A stretch of 64,000 bases of DNA from Carpediemonas membranifera BICM (Eukaryota; Protista; Fornicata): the NCBI GenBank assembly GCA_019828565.1, contig JAHDYR010000014.1:277521-341520 (forward strand), written 5' to 3'. A model generated the notes under the pieces. That model was not told the DNA's origin and made no database searches. It saw only the letters and a program-made list of their open reading frames with translations. This document shows, piece after piece, positions 1 to 8,904 of the stretch. Made by a program: the position numbers and the translations under genes. Every line of letters begins with the position of its first letter. Within the stretch, counting starts at the first letter, position 1.

Positions 1-480
1 ATCACCCTCATCACCCTCTCCTTGTACACCCCCAACTTCGCCTCTGTCAAGCCCCTCAGCGCCAGAGTCATGGTTCGTCTTCTCATCATCGCCTTTGGTG
101 CCGCGATCAACTTCTCCATCGAACATCTCGTCTTCAACACAGGCTTCCTCGGAGCCAGCAGAGACGAGCTTTACCACCGACCCACGGTCGCCCTCAACTT
201 CGCCATCTCCATCATGCCACTCTCCCACCACTGGTTCTCGGGCCGTTGGGGTTTTATCCTCAACCGTGACCCCGATTTGCCTGTGCACGCTGAGCCCGCC
301 GCCGAGGAGGAAGCTGCTAAGATCGAGGAGGAGGCAGCCGACTTTGTTCCCGCGTACCCTCTCTGCGACAGCACCCCCAGCCTTGAGACCAACGTTGACG
401 ACAAGTTTGGTGATGTAGTCGTCGACGAGAGTCGGCCAGACAGCCCCAAGAACGAGCTGCTCGAGGATGACAGAGAGTAA
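1..480 (+). CDS. 3' part of an unknown, probably membrane-associated protein with an acidic C-terminal tail (5' end lies outside the window)
   Basis: Frame is open from position 1 to TAA at 478-480. Strong C-ending codon bias. Hydrophobic segments are followed by an E/D-rich tail. Confidence 0.6.
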   Translation: MTLITLSLYTPNFASVKPLSARVMVRLLIIAFGAAINFSIEHLVFNTGFLGASRDELYHRPTVALNFAISIMPLSHHWFSGRWGFILNRDPDLPVHAEPAAEEEAAKIEEEAADFVPAYPLCDSTPSLETNVDDKFGDVVVDESRPDSPKNELLEDDRE

Positions 481-601
481 GCTGGGCTTATAAATGCTCT
501 CTGGTTACATGGAGTTGGCTAGACACGCAGTAAACGCCGGCCTTGCCTGCTTTGGTGCATGGATGCTGACTGCTGTTGACTCGAGGGCGCCTGACGAAAC
601 A

Positions 602-1300
602 ATGCTAAGTCTCTTCCAATGTCTTAGTGGCCGCAATATCTGTGCGAATGTTGGCCTCAGAAGCCTCACCATCACTGCTAACAAGACATCGCTGCCCAAC
701 TACTTCCGGTTCCAGACAGATGTTCCCATCGACGCTCAGCTCGACAACAAGCGTCTCCTAGAGTTCAGCAGACACACCAGCAGCGGGTCTCAGCTTGCTA
801 CAAAGCTGTTCGACCACGACAGTGTCCGTATGGTGCTTCTCGGTCGTGACATGGTTGTGCTTCGTCTTGCCCAACGCGAGGACTTCGACACTCTTGCTAA
901 TCCCATCAAGAGCGACATCACATCCTTCCTAGAGAGCGGTGCAAGTGCCATTGAGCATCCCAAGCAGCCTGACGACGGTCTCAAAGACCTCACCATCCCA
1001 GTGCCCGACCCGATCGAAGGGGTCCCACTCCACATGGTTCACCTCCAGAAGGTACTCGATGTCGCCATCAGACCGACACTGAGGGCTGACCGTGGCGACC
1101 TTGACATCGTCGACTTCACGCCCCTGGAGGATGACAGTGTGGACGAGGTCACTGGTTACCCCAGAGGAGTGCTGTACGTCAGGCTGCAGGGGGCGTGTGC
1201 AGGCTGCCCTCACAGCAAGCAGACCATGCGCGGGTTTGTTGCGAACGTTGTCGGCCGTTACCTGCCAAATGTTGTCGACGTGATTGACGTTGACGCGTAG
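602..1300 (+). CDS. NFU1: Nfu1/NifU-like Fe-S cluster carrier, probably targeted to a mitochondrion-related organelle
   Basis: C-terminal NifU domain IRPTLRADRGDL...VLYVRLQGACAGCPHS (CxxC) and an Nfu_N-like region LATKLFDHDSVRMVLLGRD. ATG 602 gives a presequence-like MLSLFQCLSGRNIC. The ORF is also open from ATG 494. Confidence 0.8.
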   Translation: MLSLFQCLSGRNICANVGLRSLTITANKTSLPNYFRFQTDVPIDAQLDNKRLLEFSRHTSSGSQLATKLFDHDSVRMVLLGRDMVVLRLAQREDFDTLANPIKSDITSFLESGASAIEHPKQPDDGLKDLTIPVPDPIEGVPLHMVHLQKVLDVAIRPTLRADRGDLDIVDFTPLEDDSVDEVTGYPRGVLYVRLQGACAGCPHSKQTMRGFVANVVGRYLPNVVDVIDVDA

Positions 1301-1436
1301 AACATCGGGCGACGTTGCCCATTATAGTTCACTGCAGTAAAGTGCTATTGACACTTGTCTTGGTCTGAAAGCGTTTGGGAGCTCAGTTGTTCTGATGGTT
1401 TCATTTTGCGCGGCGCACAGTTGAGCGCGAAACAAA

Positions 1437-1970
1437 ATGTCGTTCCCCATTCGCAGTAGGAAGTTTAAAGAGGTCACAGCGGACACAGCGATGCTTCCAA
1501 CAAAGCTCTCTAACCTGGATGATGGACAGGAACCCTATATGGCGCCGCACGACGTCGGCTCGGCCAATCTCAGTCCATTCAGACCAGTTGGCTTCCAGAT
1601 GCACCAGACACTCGCACAACCACCCCATACCGTTAGTAAGAAGCTTTTCGACGCCACCCGCCAATACTTCCAGCGACCAACAGAGCCCGAGCTCGCTTTC
1701 GACCTGGGATGGGATGTAGAAGCGCCCGAAGCGACGATTGCGACATGCCAGCACTGCTCGGCGCAGTGGCGGGAGTGCATGCAGTGCGGCTACTGCGCCA
1801 AGCTGGTCTGCGCCCAGTGTGCCCGCCAGTGCACCGCATGCCATGACGTGTTCTGTCCCCTGTGCGCCACAGAGGACTACTCCGGCCTCTACGACCAGTC
1901 CATATGCCTCGACTGCCGTGACGACCGGCATGACCAGGAGCGGCTTAAGACGCATGGAACTTACAAGTGA
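1437..1970 (+). CDS. Cys-rich zinc-finger protein (Siva-like C-terminus)
   Basis: Run of CxxC pairs in the C-terminal half (CQHC, CMQCGYC, CAQC, CTAC, CPLC, CLDC). The family name is tentative. Confidence 0.5.
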   Translation: MSFPIRSRKFKEVTADTAMLPTKLSNLDDGQEPYMAPHDVGSANLSPFRPVGFQMHQTLAQPPHTVSKKLFDATRQYFQRPTEPELAFDLGWDVEAPEATIATCQHCSAQWRECMQCGYCAKLVCAQCARQCTACHDVFCPLCATEDYSGLYDQSICLDCRDDRHDQERLKTHGTYK

Positions 1971-2140
1971 TGAGGAGCACCATAGCGGGTCGAGGAATAG
2001 CTGTGGCAACGGGGCTGGTGTACAAATCTGATAAACGTAGCCGTGCGATTTGGCATGATTTGTCCAATTTACGTGATTTACGGCCGAGAACATTAATCCC
2101 TTCAGCGACGAGCTGGCCACCGGTGTTCTCTATCCCTTGG

Positions 2141-3133
2141 ATGAGTAGCGAAAGTATTGGAGCCAACACGCCAGATGAAAGGTCCAAAAGCTCACAGAAA
2201 CGCGCACAATCGTCTGAAGACAGTTATACGCCAGTGGCGAGATGTCTCGGCACGAACACGCAAGTCACGATGGCTGATGGGTCAACACGCTTTGTCCAGG
2301 ATATATCCAACGGCGACAAAGTCATGGGAGATGATGGCACGGCGCGCAAGGTCATAGCGTTCAGCACGGGTTCCATGGACCTCTATTGCATCAGAGAGAT
2401 CGGGGGGGACGGAATATGGGCATGCAGCGGTGACCACCTGTGCGTACTCATCGTAGGGCGACCCCGCATTGAGCGTGCTGATGTGGACGGCATGGTGGTC
2501 GTTACCACGACGCCTCACGTTCCAAAGGCCGAGACAGTCACTGTGCCCGTTGAGTCCGCTCGTGAGTTGCTTGCTAGGCACCGCACCGAGTTCTTGGTCC
2601 CGGCGAGGGAGCTCGAGTCGGCCTGTGCTAACGTAGCCCCCCTGAAGGTCTACATGCGGCGTGCCAGCACCCTCCCAGCAATCTTCCCGCCCCAGATGAC
2701 TCTGGACGACGCCTACCACGCTGGATACGGCCTACTGTCCGCCAAGGAGCTGTCCGTGTCCGACGCCTGGCAGTCCCCGCAACACCGCTCGGCCATGGTC
2801 GCCGGGGCCGTGGACGCGGCGGGCAGCCTCACGGTCGCTATCGAGAGCCCGCAGGTGAGGGCGGTGTTTGCGACGGCGTGCCGGTCTCTGTGCATCACTG
2901 TCCGCATGGGGAGCGGGACTGTCACCCTCGACGGGGGGGCGGCCGTCATCGTGCCCTTCCTCCGAAGCGAAGGGCTGGCCGATGCTGCTGTGGCGTCTGC
3001 CCCGGCGCGGTTTACGTATCCCTTCACTGTATCGGCCATCGGGAAGGATTCTTACTACGGGTTCGATCTCGATGGAAACAGACGCTTCCTGCTGGGTGAC
3101 CTCACCGTGACCCATAACTCGACTCCTGAGTGA
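2141..3133 (+). CDS. Free-standing intein-like Hint-domain protein with degenerate LAGLIDADG insert
   Basis: Block A CLGTNTQVTMADGS (Cys codon 2243), block B SGDH, block F YYGFDLDGNRRFLL, block G VTHN/S (ends 3118). Degenerate RSAMVAGAVDAAG motif. Start codon is uncertain (ORF open from 1967). Confidence 0.8.
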   Translation: MSSESIGANTPDERSKSSQKRAQSSEDSYTPVARCLGTNTQVTMADGSTRFVQDISNGDKVMGDDGTARKVIAFSTGSMDLYCIREIGGDGIWACSGDHLCVLIVGRPRIERADVDGMVVVTTTPHVPKAETVTVPVESARELLARHRTEFLVPARELESACANVAPLKVYMRRASTLPAIFPPQMTLDDAYHAGYGLLSAKELSVSDAWQSPQHRSAMVAGAVDAAGSLTVAIESPQVRAVFATACRSLCITVRMGSGTVTLDGGAAVIVPFLRSEGLADAAVASAPARFTYPFTVSAIGKDSYYGFDLDGNRRFLLGDLTVTHNSTPE

Positions 3134-3337
3134 CTTTGACCCTTTTTATTTACTGGGCTGCGTTAAATACTGACGGATTGCAGTGGGCGCTCTGTTTTCT
3201 TTGGCGGAAGGTGTTGTATTTGAGACGTTACGACGGAGATAATCTTCCCATGAGGTGTGACGCAGTCGTCGATCGCTTTACGCAGTGCTCAGCTTCACTG
3301 TGTTGCGCAGTATAAATACATTGTTCGACCCTTCACA

Positions 3338-3372
3338 CTGTGCCGCGCAGGATAAGAATACTTGAGTCTAAA
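3338..3372 (-). repeat. Dispersed copy of the sequence downstream of the Fanzor gene (putative element right end)
   Basis: 30/35 nt identical to 15946-15980, with the first 16 nt (ctgtgccgcgcaggat) identical. Confidence 0.6.
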
Positions 3373-3375
3373 TAC

Positions 3376-3486
3376 CATTGCCGACGCCCTCATGTCCGCT
3401 ACCCTTTTGGTGTATGACAGGTGGGCAGTCAGGCTGAACCTGTTTAGTCCCCTGGAGTTCATCCCGGGGGGTTGACAGCCTAAGCC
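3376..3486 (+). repeat. Dispersed coding-like fragment, possibly the 3' end of a 5'-truncated non-LTR retrotransposon ORF
   Basis: Matches 43053-43164. Both read IADALMSATLLVYDRWAxxLxLFxPLEFxP, with many differences at third codon positions. Confidence 0.55.
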
Positions 3487-3566
3487 TTCTTCACATGAAC
3501 CTCCAGTAAACACCTCCAAACGCTACACACACTCAGCATTAAACTGCACTTGACTCTTCCACAACG

Positions 3567-4664
3567 ATGGTGAAAAAGGTCGGTTCCTGCCCCTCACTGG
3601 CCACATATGCCAATGAATTTGGCTTCCTTGAGGGTGTTGTGAAGACCCACTATAACGATTTTCTCTCTTCCTCTGACTACCTTGCTCTGAACGAATGCGA
3701 AAACATTAGCGACTTCATCGTTCAGTTGAATGGCACTCGCTACTGCCAGTACGTTCAGCATCACCGTGATGATGCCAATCTCGAGCCGAGCGTCATTCAC
3801 GACGCGATGATGCGGAAGTTTGTGGATGACTACAACTTCCTTCTCGACAATGCTATTGAGCCCCTCCTCACATTCCTCCGCTTCTGCACATACGGACACA
3901 TGATCGACAACACGATTCTCATCATCCAGGGCACGCTCCAGGGCCGTGAACCCGCCCGCCTCATCAAGGCATGCCATCCCCTCGGTCGTTTCGACGGTAT
4001 CGGTGCCCTCAGCACGGCGAGGTCGGCCAAGGATCTGTACGACCGCGTGCTGATCGACACTCCTATTGCCAAGTACTTCGAGAAGGCGGCGATTGGGGGA
4101 TCCGCCGAGGACACCCTCACGGACAGCAATATCGAGCTCCTCCGCAACTCCCTGCACAAGCACTATCTTGAGGACTTCCTGGAGCTCATCAAGGAGCTCG
4201 GCGGCGACACTTACGATGAGATGAAGCCCTTGCTCGACTTCGAGGCCGATCGCCGTGCCATCAATATCAGCATCAACTCGCTCAACAGCGATATCACCGC
4301 GGAGGAGCGTCGTGCCCTGATGCCCCGCATGGGCGTGCTCTTCCCATGCGGCACCGACCAGCTTGTGAACCGCGACTCCCTGCAAGGAGTTGGGCTGGCC
4401 CTCTCCAGGGTTGACGAGTACCACCACATCTTCGTGGCGGGATCTGAGGACGACCTTGACAGTACTGTGAGCATCGAAGACGGCATGTACAAGCTGGAGA
4501 CCGCCATGGCTCGTCAGGCAATGTACCGCGGCTTCTGCTTTGCCCCGTTCTATGGGTTCTTCAAGCTGAGGGAGCAAGAGATCCGCAATGTGATGTGGTT
4601 GGCGGAGCGAGTCCATTTAGGGCTCAACGAGGGTGTTTCTAAGTTGCCCATCATCCGGGACTAA
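3567..4664 (+). CDS. VMA6: V-type ATPase V0 subunit d
   Basis: GFLEGVV, YGHMIDN, CHPLGRF, LIDTPIAKYF, NIELLRNSLHKHYLEDF, FEADRRAINISINS, KLREQEIRNVMWLAE. Confidence 0.95.
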   Translation: MVKKVGSCPSLATYANEFGFLEGVVKTHYNDFLSSSDYLALNECENISDFIVQLNGTRYCQYVQHHRDDANLEPSVIHDAMMRKFVDDYNFLLDNAIEPLLTFLRFCTYGHMIDNTILIIQGTLQGREPARLIKACHPLGRFDGIGALSTARSAKDLYDRVLIDTPIAKYFEKAAIGGSAEDTLTDSNIELLRNSLHKHYLEDFLELIKELGGDTYDEMKPLLDFEADRRAINISINSLNSDITAEERRALMPRMGVLFPCGTDQLVNRDSLQGVGLALSRVDEYHHIFVAGSEDDLDSTVSIEDGMYKLETAMARQAMYRGFCFAPFYGFFKLREQEIRNVMWLAERVHLGLNEGVSKLPIIRD

Positions 4665-4781
4665 ACTAGTTTACTAACGACTGCGGAGCAATGAGCTTAC
4701 TGGGCCATGGCTGTGAGCTGTGGGGTGAATGGTTGAGGGAATACTGCTGTCACGATCACAACGAGAATAATTCAGGAAGGA

Positions 4782-5366
4782 ATGCCGCTGAAGAAATCCC
4801 ATGATAAGAATGTGGATGATGTCGTCAGTTCAATGGAGCTGAAGGCGCAAGGACTACGGGATAAGATCCAAGGCGTTAACGACCAAATTGACCGCCTGAA
4901 GCAACAGCTTGCAGGACCGACGCGAGATACTGCGCGAGCACAAGCAACGAAGCTGCTACAGCAGCGCCGACAGTATCAGAGGCAGCTCACTGTCATTGAG
5001 AAGCAGAGCATGAACATCACTGCCGCCAAGACAAGCATGAGCATCCTCGAAACCTCGAGGCAGACGTTCGACGCGATGTCCTCACTCAACAAGGCCATGG
5101 GGCAGAGAATGAAGGGCTTCAGCGCGGACAAGATCGCAGACCTCCAGGACGACATGAGCGAGCTTCTCTACTCCGCCGATGAGATCACCAACACGCTGTC
5201 TCAGGACTTCGCGGTGCCGGACTCGGTCACCGATGCCGACCTTGAACTTGAAATGAGTATTCTGGAGAGCGAGATCGCGGCGGGGCAGATGACTGAGGCA
5301 GGGGCAAGACCGGTCTACCTGGAGCAGTCGGCACCTGCTGAGGACGAGGATGAGTTTATTATTTGA
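4782..5366 (+). CDS. Snf7-family ESCRT-III protein (Vps60/CHMP5-like)
   Basis: 194-aa coiled coil with basic N-half and acidic C-half. Motifs DKIADLQDDMSELL..ADEI..TLS and DADLELEM. Confidence 0.8.
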   Translation: MPLKKSHDKNVDDVVSSMELKAQGLRDKIQGVNDQIDRLKQQLAGPTRDTARAQATKLLQQRRQYQRQLTVIEKQSMNITAAKTSMSILETSRQTFDAMSSLNKAMGQRMKGFSADKIADLQDDMSELLYSADEITNTLSQDFAVPDSVTDADLELEMSILESEIAAGQMTEAGARPVYLEQSAPAEDEDEFII

Positions 5367-5591
5367 GGGGTGGGTGGTTGAATGTTTAAATGTGGTCTTC
5401 TTGGTGGTTGCTTGAAATGTGGAGGTTGTTGATCCCTAGAGGTGACCCCTAGAACTGTCGTAAAACGTCCGGAGAAAACCGGGCTGTGTAGAGCAAGGCC
5501 GATGGAGACGGGATGAGCGAGCTATATCTCGAGATTTGGTCAATTTGCCAAAATATTCGCAAGAACCTGGCGAAGAACCCAACAACAGAAT

Positions 5592-7579
5592 ATGGACCTT
5601 GAAGAGCTCGGTGAGACTGATACGGATGACTTTCAGGATCAAATCGATAGCGATAGCTCGTTACAGGCTCAAAAGCCCGCAAAACCAACGAAACGACGCC
5701 GGCGAAAGACTACGATCTACGTATGCCTCACAAACTGCAAGTACGCAGTTCTACCAGAGGTGTGCAAATCACTAGGCTGGCGAGTTGTCTCTGAGGAGTC
5801 CAACTGGGATCTCTACTGGTCCGATCGTTCTGTAGCCCCCGAACGTCTCATGCGTTTCAACGTTTGCTTGTCCACTCCTCCCTCACACAGGCTTTCCAGC
5901 GCTGCAACCACTTCCCTGGGATGTACGAGATCTCCCGCAAGGACAACCTCTCGAAGAACCTGAACCGCATGCGACGGCAGTACCCCGAGGAGTTCGACTT
6001 CTACCCGCCCTCTTTCACCCTCCCAGGGGACAGCATCGACTTCAAGAGCTACTACGCCAAGCGGAAGACCAAGACTGTGTTCATCAGCAAGCCTGTAGCG
6101 GGTTGCCAGGGGAAGGGCATCTTTCTTTTCAAGAGCATCGACGACATCGAGGTAACCGAGCCCCAGGTTGTCCAGCGGTACATCAATAGGCCGCACCTCA
6201 TCGGGGGGCTCAAGTACGACCTCCGCATCTACCTCCTTGTAGCGTCTGTCTCGCCCCTTCGGTTGTTCATTTACAAAAAGGGCATGGCCAGGTTTGCCAC
6301 GCAGGAGTACGTCGAGCCAACCGGAAGGAATCTTGGGGAGACGTACATGCATCTTACGAACTACTCCTTGAACAAGAAGAATGACCAGTTTTCGTACAAC
6401 ACTGACATGGAGCACGATGACGAGGGAAGCAAACGCAGTCTCGAGTCCGTGTGGCGCGTGCTTCGGGCGGAGGGTGTGGACGTCGATGAGGTGTGGGACA
6501 AGATCAAGGACATCTTCGTGAAGACCGTGGTGGCCATCCAACCTTCCCTTGCCCACACGCATCGGACATGTCTGCCGAATGACAAGGCCGGCAACGCGTG
6601 CTTCGAGATACTGGGCATGGACATCCTGCTCGACTCCAAGTACAACCCCTGGCTTATAGAGGTCAACCACTCACCGTCGTTCAACATCGATTCCCCACTC
6701 GACCACGAGCTTAAGTTCGGAGTCATACACGACTCCTGCGTCCTACTCAATATGGACCCCGCTGATAAGGCCAAGATGAGGGCAAGGCAGCGCGCTGACC
6801 AGAATGCCCGACTGTACCGTAAGTCGTCGGCCGGGAAGGAACAGAAGGAGCGACCAGCACTGGGCACGACCACGATGGAGTGGGAGGACGAGCACATGGG
6901 AGACTTCGAGCGGATCTTCCCCTGCTCTGCAGCCAAGATGGCACAGTACTCGTCGTTTTCGCAGGATAAGGCTCTGTACGGCGAGACCACGGCGTCGAAG
7001 ATCAGACGGACGGAGATCAAGCGGAAGATGGAGAGTGTCAAGGAGAAGGCGGAGACGGAGAGGCTGGCGAGGGAGGGTAAGCCCCCAAGGGCCGCGGCAT
7101 CGGCCGACGGCCATCCCCGGCCCAAGAAGAAGGCCCCCCCAAAGGCGGCCAGTAGCTCGGTCAAACTCTCAGGCCAGGAGCGGTTTGAGTCGCTGTATAG
7201 CGCCCGGCCGAGGGCCCCCAAGCCCGTGCCGCGGCTGGCGGCGACGGGGCCGAACGGCGGGGCCTTCCCAAGCGTGTTCGTAGCCGGTGAGTCGATCGAG
7301 GCGCACTCTGAACGGAGTAGGATCGCTGACCGTCTGATCCGGGACCGACTGATCACGGCCTCTGGTGTCAGGGAGGCCATACACAAGATGCTGGCCGACC
7401 CAGTGCCCCAAATGATGGCTAACAGGCCAGTGGTCCGAGCTGAGCCCCGGCACACGTTCATCCAGCATCAGACGGTGTCTGGAGTCTATCCGCAGTTTAC
7501 CGGGAGTCGCGACCGGCCTCTGGGTCAGAACATGTATGTAGGGCTTGGGCCTGTAATAAGGCCACTCGGACCTAGGTGA
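5592..7579 (+). CDS. Tubulin polyglutamylase TTLL6/13-like; exons 5592-5861 and 5891-7579
   Basis: WDLYWSD, NHFPGMYEISRK, KPVAGCQGKGI, KYDLRIY, YMHLTNYSLNK, FEILGMDILLD, LIEVNHSPSF. A 29-nt GT-AG intron joins the two ORFs in frame (MRFN|AFQRCNH). Confidence 0.92.
5862..5890 (+). other. 29-nt spliceosomal intron
   Basis: gtttgcttgtccactcctccctcacacag. Removal restores the TTLL frame. Confidence 0.85.
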
Positions 7580-7834
7580 GAGGCATGTATATACGATTTA
7601 TATGAACGTAAACGGGACGTGGTTACTGTATTGTGAAGAAATCGGCTATGAACGGACTACTGGGTGATGTCGAGATGTGAAACTATCTGGGGATGGTGGA
7701 TGGGCCGATGTGCCATGGCTAGGCATGCTGAATTCAGCTGCAAGTCTGCCGGACCCGTGGGAATTTTTACCGAAAACTGCGGCGACTGCTCGTGGTCAAG
7801 ACAATTCACACATCTTAAGAATCTGAAAGAACGC

Positions 7835-8629
7835 ATGGAGGATTATCTGGACTTCGAAATCTTTAGAACCAAACCCGTCAACGGGTGCAGCTTCACCTGC
7901 AAGGATGCTAGAAACAGCCTCAAGATCTCTAGCGGCAAGCAGATGAAGGAAATCGAAATCCCGAAGACCAAGGGCGTTACCGTCACCATGCCTAAGACCT
8001 TCTCGGCCAAGTACGCCTATACTCACCACATGCAGTGCCCCCAGGGCCATCCTATGACTTGCAAGGCCATCACCGCCGTTGACGACAAGACCGTCTCCAT
8101 CATCGCAGGCGTTGAGCACAAGTGCACCAACAGCAAGTCGCCCATCGACCGCCTCTTCGGCAGCCTGGGCGTCTCCGCTGCCGCCTGCAAGCTGTTCAAG
8201 GAGAAGAAGGAGGGCCTCAAGTCCGAGGACAACAAGATCGTCACCGGTCTCGGCATGACCTTCAAGCGCGATGACCACCGCGTCGCCATCACTGCTGACG
8301 TGTCCCCCTTCACCAAGGACGCCAACTGCTACCTCGCCACAACCCACACCATCCACCCCGGTGTCACTGTTGGCGTCAAGTCCGGCATGAAGATGCACAA
8401 GGGCGAGACCCTCAAGGTCACCCACGACACCAAGGCCGCCATCTCCGTCGAGCCCGCCTGCCCCGGTGTCAAGCGCATCGACATCCGCGGCAACTCGAAC
8501 TACGACGGGTTTGTCTCCGTCGTGGCCCAGTGCCCCTCTGCCCGCGACAGTGAGATCGCCTTTACTGCCCAGTACAAGCACGAGACCAAGGCCATCATCC
8601 CTGGCATGTCGATCAAGATCGGCATGTAA
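7835..8629 (+). CDS. Probably highly expressed beta-strand-rich protein, possibly a VDAC/Tom40-like porin
   Basis: 264 aa with strong codon bias, alternating hydrophobic/polar strands and a C-terminal PGMSIKIGM resembling a beta-signal. The CDS is secure; the product is tentative. Confidence 0.4.
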   Translation: MEDYLDFEIFRTKPVNGCSFTCKDARNSLKISSGKQMKEIEIPKTKGVTVTMPKTFSAKYAYTHHMQCPQGHPMTCKAITAVDDKTVSIIAGVEHKCTNSKSPIDRLFGSLGVSAAACKLFKEKKEGLKSEDNKIVTGLGMTFKRDDHRVAITADVSPFTKDANCYLATTHTIHPGVTVGVKSGMKMHKGETLKVTHDTKAAISVEPACPGVKRIDIRGNSNYDGFVSVVAQCPSARDSEIAFTAQYKHETKAIIPGMSIKIGM

Positions 8630-8904
8630 ATGATGTAAACACGTCGACCAAGCTCTGGTACACTTCATTGGTTGTTAGTATGACAGAAGGATTGCGTTGG
8701 TAGGCCCGTTGCACACCTTCGGTGCTGTTCTCGCCAACCCGGGTCGGAGTCTTTGAAAAGCAACCCGAATGTATGACCTTTCCAAGACGCTTGGCAGATC
8801 AGTTAGGCGCAGAGCACTCCCAAAACTAGTATGTAGATCCCTGCTTGCCGTTCAATCTTACGTAGCTTCTTTCTGACGACGAAATTGAAGAAATTGACGA
8901 TAAC

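Noticed and set aside
2141-4664. Link between the intein and the adjacent V-ATPase gene (as for yeast VMA1)
   Set aside because: The neighbour is subunit d, not subunit A, and the exteins are not ATPase sequence. The adjacency is probably coincidental.
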